From: a virus
Taxonomy: Duplodnaviria > Caudoviricetes
Virus record (IMG/VR): IMGVR_UViG_3300048856_000034
Coordinates: 1 to 44,878 of that record
Reading direction: 5' to 3' (one strand)
DNA: 44,878 nt
This document shows, piece after piece, positions 34,586 to 43,628 of the stretch; the stretch's first letter is position 1; every line of letters starts with the position of its first letter. The notes under the pieces were generated by a model. The model ran no database searches and was not told where the DNA came from. It worked only from the letters and a program-made list of their open reading frames with translations. The position numbers and the translations under genes are program-made.

Positions 34586-36969
34586 TGGTGTGGACGCAGT
34601 TCGCAACCGCCCCGGACGTCATCACCGAGTGGTGGACGTCCCCGGTCGCGACCGAGCTCGACGGACGCACCGTCTCCGGCGGGCTGTCCTCGAACGGCAC
34701 CGTCCAGGTCGTCGAAGTTGACCACGCCACCGGGCAGACCACGGTCGTACCCGCGGCGTTCGCCGGCCAGGACGACCACAACGCCCCCGCGCTCTGGGCC
34801 GAGATCCCCGGCCGCCGGATGCTCCTCGCGTGGAACGAGCACGGCGAGGACACCCTGCTCAAGGTGAAGGTGTCCGACCGGGCGGGGGCCATCCAGTCCC
34901 TGCAGACCGCGCCGGTCGTCGCGTTCGACTTCGGGTCGCCGACGTCCTACGCGATCATCCACCGCATCCGGCACCTGTGCACCGACGCCGCGGACGTCTT
35001 CTGGGTGTTCTGCCGGGTCACCGGCGCCTCCTGGCGGTACGTCCCGGTGACCGTGGACCAGGCGTCGGGCGCCGTGACGTTCGGCGCCGCGGTCCCGCTG
35101 TTCACCGCCGCCGCGCAGTCCTACCTGTCGGTCGCTGACGCGCACGCCAGCGAGGGCCAGGTGCTCCGCATGACGTGGGGGTACTCCCCGCACGTCGGGT
35201 TCCACGCCGTCCGGTACTACGAGCTCGACGTCATCACCGGGCAGGTCCTCTCCCCGATGGACGGCGACGCTGTCGTCGCCAACGTGGTGACCGGGACCGG
35301 GCTGCCGGTGCTCGACACCGCCACCCCGCTGCTCCCGGAGCCCCCCGAGGGGTGGTCGCGGTGGATGTTCTACGTCCGCCCCGGGCCGTCGGCACCCGCC
35401 GTCGCCTACGCCGACTGGGAGATCGCGACCCCGCACCTCGCGACCTACAAGGTCACCACCCTCACCGGCACGTCGCGGATCACCCGCGAGTACGGGCCCG
35501 CCGGCCCCAAGTTCGGGTACACGGACAACTCCAACTACCTGGCGTCGATGGGGTTCCCCAACCCCTGCCCCGAGGACGTGGTCGCCGTGGCCGCACAGGT
35601 CGACGGCCGGGACTCGGTCCGGATCGTTAGGACCGACGAGGCCGGGTCGCAGTTCACCACCGAGGTGCTCGCGTCCACGACGCAGCGCCTCGTCCGGCCA
35701 GTGTTCCCGGTCGGGTCGACGGACCGGCTGCACGTGTCCCGGATCAACTTCTACGGCGACACGTACTTCACGTACTCCGCGGACATGGTCGCGATGGTCA
35801 ACGCGGTCGCGCCCGCCCCGGCGACCACGACCGACCGGTCCATCCGGATCGTCGCCGGCGAGCTGCGCACCGGTCTGGTCCTGGACCACAACGTCCCGGT
35901 CACGGACCAGACCCGCTGGGAGGTCGTGCACCGCGGCGCCGGCACCGTGCAGCCCGTTATCCCGCTGCTCGCGCAGGAGGCCCGGTCCCGGCCGGAGCTG
36001 CTGCGCCACCTGCAGCCCGCGCGCTGCTTCCTCGGCGTGGCCGTTGGAGACGAGCTGCTCGAGGCTGGGCCGATCTGGCTGCACTCCCTGCCCGACGCGG
36101 GGCGCGGACTGCTGACGGTGAAGGCCACCGGACTGCCGTCGCTGTTCGACCGGCGCATCGTCATGGGTGCGATCTCGTCGGGGTGGGCGAAGTGGGCGGT
36201 CACGTACACCGGAAGCCTCGGCACGATCGCGAAGCGGCTGGTCCAGCTGGCGCTGTCGCACACCGGCGGCAGCCTGCCGATCGTGCTCCCGGCGGACGAG
36301 TCGGGGTCCAGCGAGTACACCTACGAGGGGTTCGACCTGGCGACGGTCTGGGAGCGCGTCTCGGCGCTCATGGGCGTCATCAACGGGCCCGACGTCGCGT
36401 TCGCGCCGCGGTTCACCGCTGACGGTCGCTCTGTCGAGTGGGTGATGCGCGTCGGCACGACGACCGACCCGCTGCTCCACCAGGACGGGCCCGACTGGGT
36501 GTGGGATGCCGCCGCGGTGCGGGGCTCCACGTCTGGCCTGGCGGTCTCGGTCGACGGGACCGTCCTGACGAACCGGTCCTGGGCCACGGGCGAGGGCATG
36601 GACGAGGCCCTGCTGATCCGCCGCGCGCAGGATGCCGCAGCGTGGGCCGACGGGATGCCGCTGCTCGAGTCCGTCGAGGGCTACTCGACGGTGAAGAAGT
36701 CCTCCACGCTGCAGGCGCACGCGGACGCAGACCTGCGGTACGGGTCAGCGCCGGAGATGACGTGGGGCCTCACGGTCGACCCGAACGCGTCTCCCCTGCT
36801 CGGCACGTACCGGCCGGGGGACTTCGCGTCCGTGTGGACACCCGAGGACCACCCGTACCTGCGCTACGACTACCCGAGCGGGCGGGCGTACCGGACGCGG
36901 GTCGCCCGGATCTCGGGTGGCGCCTCCGGTCACGTCCAGGTGGCGCTCATGCCGACGAGGGAGGGCTGA
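34585..36969 (+). CDS. Tail tip protein: BNR-like beta-propeller fused to a baseplate hub (Tal)-like domain
   Basis: N-terminal QDDHNAPAL; C-terminal half GELRTG..AGPIW..SLGTIAKRLV..NGPDVAFAPR..LGTYRPGD. Confidence 0.7.
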   Translation: MVWTQFATAPDVITEWWTSPVATELDGRTVSGGLSSNGTVQVVEVDHATGQTTVVPAAFAGQDDHNAPALWAEIPGRRMLLAWNEHGEDTLLKVKVSDRAGAIQSLQTAPVVAFDFGSPTSYAIIHRIRHLCTDAADVFWVFCRVTGASWRYVPVTVDQASGAVTFGAAVPLFTAAAQSYLSVADAHASEGQVLRMTWGYSPHVGFHAVRYYELDVITGQVLSPMDGDAVVANVVTGTGLPVLDTATPLLPEPPEGWSRWMFYVRPGPSAPAVAYADWEIATPHLATYKVTTLTGTSRITREYGPAGPKFGYTDNSNYLASMGFPNPCPEDVVAVAAQVDGRDSVRIVRTDEAGSQFTTEVLASTTQRLVRPVFPVGSTDRLHVSRINFYGDTYFTYSADMVAMVNAVAPAPATTTDRSIRIVAGELRTGLVLDHNVPVTDQTRWEVVHRGAGTVQPVIPLLAQEARSRPELLRHLQPARCFLGVAVGDELLEAGPIWLHSLPDAGRGLLTVKATGLPSLFDRRIVMGAISSGWAKWAVTYTGSLGTIAKRLVQLALSHTGGSLPIVLPADESGSSEYTYEGFDLATVWERVSALMGVINGPDVAFAPRFTADGRSVEWVMRVGTTTDPLLHQDGPDWVWDAAAVRGSTSGLAVSVDGTVLTNRSWATGEGMDEALLIRRAQDAAAWADGMPLLESVEGYSTVKKSSTLQAHADADLRYGSAPEMTWGLTVDPNASPLLGTYRPGDFASVWTPEDHPYLRYDYPSGRAYRTRVARISGGASGHVQVALMPTREG

Positions 36970-37772
36970 TGGTCTCGTCGTCCGACATGCGCCGCGCGCC
37001 TCGCGGCGGACTTCCAGCCCTGGCCGAGGAGATCCGCAACCTGTGGCGCGCGGTGAAGGCGCTGCAGGGCGGGGCGCCCCTGCGGCAGGCGGGCATCCGC
37101 GTCGCCGACACCGGCATGACCATCGAGTCGGCGCTCGCCGTGCTCGGTGCCCTCTCGGCCACGGGAGACACCGAGCTCGGCGGCGACGTCGACATCAGCG
37201 GGGACACCACGGTGTCCGGCACCCTCACCGTGTCAGGCCTGCTGTCTCTCCTGTCCGACATGGTCGTGTCCGGCGTGATCCGGTCCGAGAACTTCGCGGC
37301 CGGCGCGTCGGGCTGGCGGCTGACGTCGACGGGGCTCGAGGTCAACGACCTGACCCTGCGCGGCGGCATCATCGGGAACGACGCACTGGCCAACCCGATC
37401 ACGGGCCGGTCGGGCAACGCGATGCAGACGCAGATCACCCTGCCGACGGCGTCGTTCGGTGGCTACGCGGCGGTCAACGTCGCCGTGCCCGCTGGCTTCA
37501 CGCGCGCCGAGGTGCTCGCGGTGTCGTCGTGCTTCGTGGGGTCGTCGACGAGCTCGAACGCGGCGGCGATGAAGACCCGCATCAACGGGGCGGACGGCCT
37601 GCAGATGACGGTGGTGACCGACCCGATCTTCGGGAACGGAGCCTCGTCGTTCTCCGCGTCGCTCTCCGGGCTCAGCGGCGGGGTGATCACCTGCCAGACG
37701 ATGCTGCAGGCGACGGCGGCGGGCATGACCGGCGGCTGCACGACGTCCGCGCTGGTGACGTTCTACCGCTGA
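36969..37772 (+). CDS. Minor tail protein
   Basis: TGATG coupling; G/S/T-rich beta repeats; SENFAAGASGWRL. Confidence 0.75.
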   Translation: MVSSSDMRRAPRGGLPALAEEIRNLWRAVKALQGGAPLRQAGIRVADTGMTIESALAVLGALSATGDTELGGDVDISGDTTVSGTLTVSGLLSLLSDMVVSGVIRSENFAAGASGWRLTSTGLEVNDLTLRGGIIGNDALANPITGRSGNAMQTQITLPTASFGGYAAVNVAVPAGFTRAEVLAVSSCFVGSSTSSNAAAMKTRINGADGLQMTVVTDPIFGNGASSFSASLSGLSGGVITCQTMLQATAAGMTGGCTTSALVTFYR

Positions 37773-37915
37773 CGGTCGAGGTGCTCGCGGATCGCCTCGC
37801 GCACGACGTCGGACGCCGTGATGCCGCGCTCCAGCGCCTCGGCCTTCACGGCGTCCCAGGTGGCGTCGTCGATCCGCACCGGGCGGGCGGCGTTCTTCGG
37901 CTGGTTCGGGCTCAC
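37763..37915 (-). CDS. Ribbon-helix-helix DNA-binding protein (50 aa)
   Basis: PNQPKNAARPVRIDDATWDAVKAEALERGITASDVVREAIREHL. Confidence 0.85.
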   Translation of the reverse strand: MSPNQPKNAARPVRIDDATWDAVKAEALERGITASDVVREAIREHLDRQR

Positions 37916-37920
37916 GCCCG

Positions 37921-38145
37921 TCACCGTAGCGGCTGCGCCCGGACGATCCACGCCGCGGACCAGGCGCCGAACGCGACGAGCGCGACGGGACCGGCCACGC
38001 CGCCGAGGTAGCCCCAGGCGTACCCGAACGACCCCCCGATGACCGGGCCCAGCAGGGACCCGGCGAGCGCGGTCACGACGACCAGCGCCAGCAGGCGCGC
38101 GACGCTGCGCCACGAGGGCTGCAGCTGGATCCGACGGGGTGTCAT
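37921..38145 (-). CDS. Small two-TM membrane protein (74 aa)
   Basis: Two hydrophobic helices; promoter directly upstream. Confidence 0.7.
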   Translation of the reverse strand: MTPRRIQLQPSWRSVARLLALVVVTALAGSLLGPVIGGSFGYAWGYLGGVAGPVALVAFGAWSAAWIVRAQPLR

Positions 38146-38181
38146 ACACCTACCATGCGTCGGGTGTAATACACCTGTCAA
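38138..38181 (-). promoter_or_regulatory. Promoter with two palindromic operators
   Basis: TTGACA (38181-38176), 18 nt, CATGGT (38157-38152), 6 nt, ATG; GGTGT-N3-ACACC at 38138-38150 and 38163-38175. Confidence 0.75.
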
Positions 38182-38196
38182 GACCCAGGGGGACTC

Positions 38197-38631
38197 ATGC
38201 CCGACCGGATCGTTCGCCGACTCAACGGCCCGCGTGGAAGCGTGCTGCTGTTCGGGGCCGCGTTCTGCGCCGCGCACGTGGTGTCTTGCCTGCCGCCCGG
38301 CACCTCCGGGGTCGTCCTGCCCGTCGGGCTGGACCTCCTGGGCGAAACCGTGCCGTTGTCCGTCTACGCGGGCATCTGGGCGGTCGGGATGGTCCTGTGC
38401 GTCGCTGGGGCGTTCCGCCGCCCGAACAGGTCCGTGCGGGTCGGGATCGACGCGCTCGCCTTCGGGGTCACGGCAGGTATCACGCTGCTGTGGGCGGGGA
38501 CCTACCTGCTGGGGTGGCTGTTCGACGCGGACCCGTCGCGGCAGTGGGTCCTCGCCGCCGCCTACGCGGCCATCGCTGGCCTCATCACCGCCGCCGCCCG
38601 GCTGGTGAATCCCGGAGAGGGCACCCGGTGA
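38197..38631 (+). CDS. Lysis-module membrane protein (about 4 TM)
   Basis: Hydrophobic helices; upstream of endolysin. Confidence 0.75.
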   Translation: MPDRIVRRLNGPRGSVLLFGAAFCAAHVVSCLPPGTSGVVLPVGLDLLGETVPLSVYAGIWAVGMVLCVAGAFRRPNRSVRVGIDALAFGVTAGITLLWAGTYLLGWLFDADPSRQWVLAAAYAAIAGLITAAARLVNPGEGTR

Positions 38632-38891
38632 ACGGCACCCCTGACCCCGGTCTGCTGATCGCGGTCGTGACCGGTGCGTTCGGCCTCGCCGTCGCCTTCC
38701 TGACGGGAGTCTTCGCCCTGCGTTCCCACCGCGACACCAACCTCCGCGATGACGTGAAGGGGCTGCGCGCCGAAGTGGCCGCGCTCCGACGCGAGAACCG
38801 CATCCTCACCGACTACGTCCATGCCCTGCGCAACGACCTCGACGAGTCCGGCGAGGACGTCCGCCCCTGGCCCGACGGCCTGACTACCTGA
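38628..38891 (+). CDS. Lysis-module membrane protein (TM plus coiled coil)
   Basis: GTGA overlap; TM then LRAEVAALRRENRILTDYVHALR. Confidence 0.78.
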   Translation: MNGTPDPGLLIAVVTGAFGLAVAFLTGVFALRSHRDTNLRDDVKGLRAEVAALRRENRILTDYVHALRNDLDESGEDVRPWPDGLTT

Positions 38892-38902
38892 GGAGCCAGA
38901 CC

Positions 38903-39670
38903 ATGGCGAACGGCCTGCTCGACACCTCGACCCTCACCCCGCTGCCCGCCCAGCCGCACCTGCGCCTGACCGCGGCTGCGGCGGCGGCGTGGACGGTGCT
39001 GGTCGCCTCCGTGTGGGCGGCCTACGGGTGGACGCTCACCGCGACCGACGCGTACCGCGACTACGCGACGCAGCTTCGGATCTTCCAGCAGCGGTACACC
39101 ACGACGTACCTGCCGGGCCGGCCGTGGAAGCTCTGGCAGGGCCGGCGCTGGTACCTCAAGCGTGGGTACGCCGCGGCCGCCGTCCCGGGCACGTCGAACC
39201 ACGGCCTGGGGATAACCGTCGACGTCGCGAACCTCGGCGGGTTCGGCGGCACCCGGTACCGGCAGTTCGCCGCGATCGCCGAGCCTCGCGGTTGGTCGAA
39301 CGCCGAGGGTCGCGCGATCAACGAGGCCTGGCACTGGAACCACCTCGGCGGCGGGTCTCTCGTCACCAACCCGGTCGGCGGCGGCGGATCCGTCCCGAAC
39401 GCACCGGGCGTCACAGCACCCACCCCCATCGAGGAGGACGACATGTTCACCGACGACGACCGGGTGGCCGCAGCGGCCACCCGCCAGCACGCCGCGAACG
39501 CCGAGGCGAACAGCTTCGCCGCGCTCAAGGTCGTCCGCGCCATCGCGGAGACCCTGCCCGACCTCGCCCTGGACGCATCCCAGTCCGAGGCGAACGCCTA
39601 CCGCGCGCAGAAGGCCAGCGAGCGGCTGCTCGCCATGGCCAAGGCCGCCGACGAGACCAAGGAGTCCTGA
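38903..39670 (+). CDS. Endolysin, M15 (VanY-like) zinc peptidase
   Basis: DAYRD..Q, PGTSNHG.G..VD, EAWH motifs; lies between membrane genes and holin. Confidence 0.9.
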   Translation: MANGLLDTSTLTPLPAQPHLRLTAAAAAAWTVLVASVWAAYGWTLTATDAYRDYATQLRIFQQRYTTTYLPGRPWKLWQGRRWYLKRGYAAAAVPGTSNHGLGITVDVANLGGFGGTRYRQFAAIAEPRGWSNAEGRAINEAWHWNHLGGGSLVTNPVGGGGSVPNAPGVTAPTPIEEDDMFTDDDRVAAAATRQHAANAEANSFAALKVVRAIAETLPDLALDASQSEANAYRAQKASERLLAMAKAADETKES

Positions 39671-40113
39671 TGCTGCTGTTCACCCCCGCCTGGTGGGAGT
39701 CCGCCGGCGCTCGCGCGGCGAACACCGCGATCGCCGCGCTGATCCCGCTGGCCACGCTGCTCATCGGCCGGGAGGTCACCCCGCTGTACGTGGCGTCCGT
39801 CGTCGCGCTGTCCGCGTTCGCTTCCCTCGTGACGTCGCTGGCCGGCCTGCCCGAGGTGACCGGGAAGACCGTCCCGCTGTGGCGCGCCGTCCTGACCAGG
39901 TCCGCGAAGACCTTCGGCCAGGTCGGCGCCCCGATGCTGCTGGGCGTGCTCGTCGTGGAGGACGTCGACTGGTACGGGTTCGCCGTCACCGTCGGCGGCG
40001 CCGTGCTGGTCACCATGCTCCGGACGCTCAAGGACTGGCTGCCCGAGCAGGAGCCGACCGGCGACACCCGCCTTGAGCTCGACGACGACGCGCCCCGGCA
40101 CCTCGCCGAGTAG
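39670..40113 (+). CDS. Holin with two r1t-like repeats
   Basis: WWESAGARAANT..SLVTSLAGLPEV and WRAVLTRSAKTFGQ..VDW; TGATG coupling to endolysin. Confidence 0.82.
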   Translation: MLLFTPAWWESAGARAANTAIAALIPLATLLIGREVTPLYVASVVALSAFASLVTSLAGLPEVTGKTVPLWRAVLTRSAKTFGQVGAPMLLGVLVVEDVDWYGFAVTVGGAVLVTMLRTLKDWLPEQEPTGDTRLELDDDAPRHLAE

Positions 40114-40129
40114 GTCACCCGACCCCCGC

Positions 40130-40165
40130 AACGCCCCCGCCTGGCTCCGGCCGGGCGGGGGCGTT
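40130..40165 (+). terminator. Terminator hairpin ending the late operon
   Basis: AACGCCCCCGCCTGGC-TCCG-GCCGGGCGGGGGCGTT. Confidence 0.8.
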
Positions 40166-40202
40166 CGTCGTGCCCGGCGCCGTCCGTGCGAGACTCTGCG
40201 GC

Positions 40203-42257
40203 GTGGACCAGGGGAACCGCAGCGCGCACACCGAGCGACGGTTCCTCCCGGAGGTCCAAGCCCTGCGCGCCGTCGCCGTGAGCCTCGTCGTCGTCTTCCA
40301 CTTCTGGCCGCAGCTGCTACCCGGCGGGTTCGTCGGCGTCGACGTCTTCTTCGTCATCTCCGGGTTCCTCATCACCTCGCACCTCCTGCGCGAGGTCGGC
40401 GCGTCGGGGCGCGTGCACCTCGGCCAGTTCTGGGCGCGCCGTGTGCGCCGGCTGCTTCCCGCCGCGATGCTCGTGCTCGCCGTAACCCTCGCCGCCACCG
40501 TGCTGTTCATGCCGCAGCCGGTGTGGCAGCGCACCGCCACCGAGGTCGCCGCCTCCGCCGTGTACGCGCAGAACTGGGTGCTTGCGAGCTCGGCCGTCGA
40601 CTACTTCGCGGCGGAGAACGCGGCGACCTCCGTGCAGCACTACTGGTCACTGTCCGTCGAGGAGCAGTTCTACATCGTCTGGCCGCTGCTCGTCCTCGCC
40701 GCCGTCGTGCTCGCACGGCGCCGCGGGGCGACGACCCGGCGCGCGATCGGCTGGGCCGCCGGCGGGGTCCTGCTGGTGTCGCTGGCGTACTCCGTGTGGT
40801 TCACCGCCACCTCGCCGCAGGTCGCCTACTTCTCGACGTTCACGCACGCGTGGGAGTTCGCCGCCGGCGCGCTGACGGCGGTCGCCGTGCCCGCGCTGCG
40901 CGGACTCCGGCCAGCCGACTTCGCCCGTACGCGGGTCGTGCTCGCGGTCGCCGGGCTCGCGACCCTCGTCGTGTGCGGCTTCGTCTACACGGGCGAGATG
41001 GCGTTCCCCGGGTGGATCGCCCTGGTCCCGGTCATTGCGACCCTCGCGGTCATCGCAGCCGGCGAGACGCGCGCCCAGCCGGTGCTCGCCGCCCGGCCGA
41101 TCCAGTTTGTCGGGGACGTGTCCTACTCGCTGTACCTGTGGCACTGGCCGGTCATCGTGATCGCGCCGTTCGCGCTGGGCCGCGAGCTCGACACCCCGAC
41201 GCGGCTCCTGCTCCTGGCAGGGACGGTCTTGGCGGCGTGGGTCACGAAGGTCGCGGTCGAGGACCCGGTGCGCCGCGCGCGGCGCCTGGCGGCTGCCCGT
41301 CGCTGGTCGTTCGGGTTCGCCGGCGCCAGCGCGGTCACCGTGGTCGCCGTGTGCGCGGCCGTCTGGACGGGGGTGGCTCAGGAGCAAGCCCAGGCGGCAC
41401 AGACCGCGGCGTCCGCCCCGGTGGAGTGCCTGGGCGCCGCGGTCGTTCTCAACGACTGCCCGGACCCGAACGAACTCGACCCGGACCTGCTGGCCGCGAC
41501 CGAGCCCGTGACCGACGAAAACGGCGACGCGATCGGCGACAAGGTCACCCTGCCTGGGGGAATCGCCGCGTTCGAGTCGGGCGCGCCGGACGCTGACACC
41601 ACGGTTGCGCTCGTGGGCGACTCGCACGCCGCGCACCTGCAGCCCGCCCTCGACCTGCTCGCACAGCAGCACGGGTGGCGGCTGCTGACCGTCCGGCACA
41701 ACAACTGCACGCCGTCGGCGCCGACGTGGGAGTCACCGATCGCCCGCGACATGTCGGAGCCGTGCCAGGCCTGGCGCACCGATCTGATGACGACGTTCGC
41801 CGAGATGCCGGGCATCGACGTCGTCGTGACGTCCTCGGTGGCGCCGCGGTACGCCGACGCAGGCGAGGAGACGCTGACGGCAGCCGCCGACGCGTTCCGG
41901 GCGCTGTGGACCGCGTGGGAGGACAACGGCACGGTCGTCGTCGTCGTCGCCGACGTGCCCGGCCTGCCCGCGGACATGCCCGAGGCCGTCGAGTGCGTGG
42001 CCGCCGCGGACAGCACGGACGACCCGTGCTCGTCGCCGCGGTCCGAGGTCGTCGAGCGGGACATCATGGCCGAGGCGGCACCGCCCGAGCGGCTGGTGGA
42101 CCTCACCGACCTGTTCTGCGACCAGGACGAGTGCCATGTCGTCGTCGGCGGGATCGTCGCCTACGCGAACGGCTCGCACCTGTCGAAGCTGATGGCCGAG
42201 AGTCTCGCGCCGGTGCTTGAGGCGCCGGTCGTCGCGGCGCTGGACCGCACCACCTAG
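40203..42257 (+). CDS. AT3-SGNH O-acyltransferase (OafA/OatA family)
   Basis: QALRAVAV, GGFVGVDVFFVISGFLIT, HYWSLSVEEQFY, SYSLYLWHWP, VGDSHA; start could be 40170. Confidence 0.95.
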   Translation: MDQGNRSAHTERRFLPEVQALRAVAVSLVVVFHFWPQLLPGGFVGVDVFFVISGFLITSHLLREVGASGRVHLGQFWARRVRRLLPAAMLVLAVTLAATVLFMPQPVWQRTATEVAASAVYAQNWVLASSAVDYFAAENAATSVQHYWSLSVEEQFYIVWPLLVLAAVVLARRRGATTRRAIGWAAGGVLLVSLAYSVWFTATSPQVAYFSTFTHAWEFAAGALTAVAVPALRGLRPADFARTRVVLAVAGLATLVVCGFVYTGEMAFPGWIALVPVIATLAVIAAGETRAQPVLAARPIQFVGDVSYSLYLWHWPVIVIAPFALGRELDTPTRLLLLAGTVLAAWVTKVAVEDPVRRARRLAAARRWSFGFAGASAVTVVAVCAAVWTGVAQEQAQAAQTAASAPVECLGAAVVLNDCPDPNELDPDLLAATEPVTDENGDAIGDKVTLPGGIAAFESGAPDADTTVALVGDSHAAHLQPALDLLAQQHGWRLLTVRHNNCTPSAPTWESPIARDMSEPCQAWRTDLMTTFAEMPGIDVVVTSSVAPRYADAGEETLTAAADAFRALWTAWEDNGTVVVVVADVPGLPADMPEAVECVAAADSTDDPCSSPRSEVVERDIMAEAAPPERLVDLTDLFCDQDECHVVVGGIVAYANGSHLSKLMAESLAPVLEAPVVAALDRTT

Positions 42258-42284
42258 CGGCATGCGCCTGGCAGGGTGGTGACC

Positions 42285-42677
42285 ATGACCGAGCTGCCCG
42301 GCCCTGACCCCACCTGGTCGACCGACGACGGAACGAACGAGTGGTGGCCGGCGCTGCCCGGCGGTGTCAGCGGCCCGAGCGACGATGACGTCGTGAACCT
42401 GCCGCAGACCGTGCCCGGCGGCATAGACCGCCTTCGAGCGACTGTGCCGCTCCTGAACGCACAGCGCGTCCCCCCGGGCGTGCACCACGACGTCTTCGAC
42501 CCGATCCCGGTCACGGTCACGCTGCGGTGGGAGACCGGCGAGGAGGAGCGCGACACGATCGCCGTCGAGTGGTGGACGACCGAGCGCGACGGCGCCGTCG
42601 TGCGCGTGCAGATCTCCGACTCTCGGGTCATGACCGGCGCCGTCTGGCTGCCGGCGGAGGACGTTCGTCGTCGGTGA
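42285..42677 (+). CDS. Hypothetical protein
   Basis: Coding-like ORF ending AVWLPAEDVRRR; start between 42276 and 42285 uncertain. Confidence 0.7.
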   Translation: MTELPGPDPTWSTDDGTNEWWPALPGGVSGPSDDDVVNLPQTVPGGIDRLRATVPLLNAQRVPPGVHHDVFDPIPVTVTLRWETGEEERDTIAVEWWTTERDGAVVRVQISDSRVMTGAVWLPAEDVRRR

Positions 42678-42707
42678 TGCGACCGCGGCCAGTGCTCGTC
42701 CCCGGCG

Positions 42708-42758
42708 TGACAAGTGAAGTGAGATGCGCTTGCCATTCGAACGTATGTTCGACATGAT
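42708..42758 (+). promoter_or_regulatory. LexA (SOS) box inside a promoter, preceded by the prophage operator-like 12-mer
   Basis: TCGAACGTATGTTCGA 42737-42752 fits TCGAAC-N4-GTTCGA, between TTGCCA 42730-42735 and CATGAT 42753-42758; TGACAAGTGAAG 42708-42719. Confidence 0.88.
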
Positions 42759-42809
42759 CGTCAGGTCAGGCCGGCCACCGCCGGCGACCGACTCACTTCC
42801 AGGAGCGAT

Positions 42810-43577
42810 ATGGCAGCCGGCCCATGGGGCGGACACAGCAACGGGTACATCCCGCTCTCGGCGCTCACCCCGCTGAGCTGGGCGTCGGGTCACCGCCTGC
42901 GGTCTGATGCCGCTGCGGCGTTCGAGAACCTGAACATCGCCTACCGAGGCGCCTTCGGCGTCAACATCTCAGTGACCGACTCGTATCGCGACTACGCACG
43001 TCAGGTCACCCTCAAGGCCGAGAAGCCCCACCTCGCTGCGACACCCGGCACGTCGAACCACGGGTGGGCACTCGCTGTCGACCTCGGCGGCGGGATCCAG
43101 AACTTCGGCACCGACCAGCACGTGTGGATGTTCGCCAACGCGCACAACCACGGCTGGATCCTGCCTGCCTGGGCGCAGAAGAACGGCTCCAAGCCCGAAG
43201 CATGGCACTGGGAGTTCGACGGTCCCGGCGGCTCCACCCCCACCAACCCCACCAACCCCCCGGAGGACGACATGCCCCTGAACCAGACCGACCTCGAGGC
43301 GATCGACCGACTGATCGTCGACCGACTCGCTCAGCGCCTCGCGCAGGGCACCACCCTGTCTCCGACTGGCCTGGACGCCGTCCGCGGTTCGGTCCTGGGG
43401 CTCATGCGTGCCGAGGAGTTCCAGCTCAACGACATCGCCGGCCGGGTGCTCAACACCAAGATCGACGCCTCGACCGGGACCGTCGCACAGACGCTGCGTG
43501 ACGCGCGCATCATCTCGCGCCGTCACGAGCAGGCGTGGCGCGCGCACGAGGGCCTGCCGGCGGACCCGAACGTCTGA
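42810..43577 (+). CDS. M15 zinc peptidase, endolysin paralogue 2
   Basis: AGGAG RBS; NGYIP, DSYRDY..Q, PGTSNHGWALAVD, KPEAWHWEF. Confidence 0.92.
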   Translation: MAAGPWGGHSNGYIPLSALTPLSWASGHRLRSDAAAAFENLNIAYRGAFGVNISVTDSYRDYARQVTLKAEKPHLAATPGTSNHGWALAVDLGGGIQNFGTDQHVWMFANAHNHGWILPAWAQKNGSKPEAWHWEFDGPGGSTPTNPTNPPEDDMPLNQTDLEAIDRLIVDRLAQRLAQGTTLSPTGLDAVRGSVLGLMRAEEFQLNDIAGRVLNTKIDASTGTVAQTLRDARIISRRHEQAWRAHEGLPADPNV

Positions 43578-43597
43578 GATCGCTAGCGCGCCCCCAG

Positions 43598-43628
43598 CCC
43601 ACGCTCGCCGCCTTGGCGGGCGTGGCTG
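43598..43628 (+). terminator. Hairpin between the tandem M15 genes
   Basis: CAGCCCACGCTCGCC..GGCGGGCGTGGCTG. Confidence 0.45.

Noticed and set aside
37763-38145. Classical type II toxin-antitoxin pair
   Set aside because: The RHH partner is a small membrane protein with no RelE, VapC, MazF or HicA features; kept as an autoregulated moron
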